A DNA stretch of 63,776 nt, filler included, from Reticulomyxa filosa (lineage: Eukaryota; Protista; Foraminifera), in NCBI GenBank assembly GCA_000512085.1. It is 20 parts of 20 records of this genome, joined end to end, with 100 filler letters (N's around TTAATTAATTAA, not from the genome) between each part and the next. Parts side by side here need not be neighbours in the genome. Positions count along the whole stretch, not along the records: positions 61,953 to 63,776 come from ASPP01000851.1; 19 more parts are not named here. One strand, written 5' to 3'. The position numbers were made by a program, and so were the translations under genes. Positions 63,766-63,776 of this stretch are shown one piece after another; the stretch's first letter is position 1, and every line of letters begins with the position of its first letter. A model generated the notes under the pieces. That model ran no database searches, was not told the DNA's origin, and saw nothing but the letters and a program-made list of their open reading frames with translations.

Positions 63766-63776
63766 CTATATATATT

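Overview
This window is not one contiguous locus. It is 20 short contigs joined by artificial 100-bp spacers (44 N + TTAATTAATTAA + 44 N). Contigs: 1-1296, 1397-6661, 6762-12558, 12659-16384, 16485-20510, 20611-23938, 24039-25069, 25170-28831, 28932-30000, 30101-32007, 32108-33446, 33547-38979, 39080-45824, 45925-48299, 48400-53246, 53347-55775, 55876-58271, 58372-59962, 60063-61852, 61953-63776. Nineteen contigs are AT-rich, GT-AG intron-containing eukaryotic DNA. Their expanded WD40/kelch families (e.g. the 'YWVRILKIKLGWIDDFD' motif) and NACHT families best fit a foraminiferan like Reticulomyxa filosa; this is from recall and was not searched. Recognisable genes: EXD2, isoaspartyl peptidase/L-asparaginase, PreP/PITRM1, ARL8, a pentameric ligand-gated channel, an HPAT/SRGT-type glycosyltransferase, a CLC C-terminus, a tandem-SAM protein, CTR9, transportin-1 and two NACHT NTPases, plus many decayed gene copies. 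One GC-rich contig (12659-16384) is betaproteobacterial nuoH-I-J-K-L. The most notable item is the last contig: a spliced eukaryotic gene in which a Cys-rich module and a RelA/SpoT-like (alarmone synthetase-type) nucleotidyltransferase domain precede a NACHT NTPase, an NLR-like architecture. Also notable are two related candidate structured small RNAs, hairpin-forming introns and chimeric or decayed gene-fragment families.
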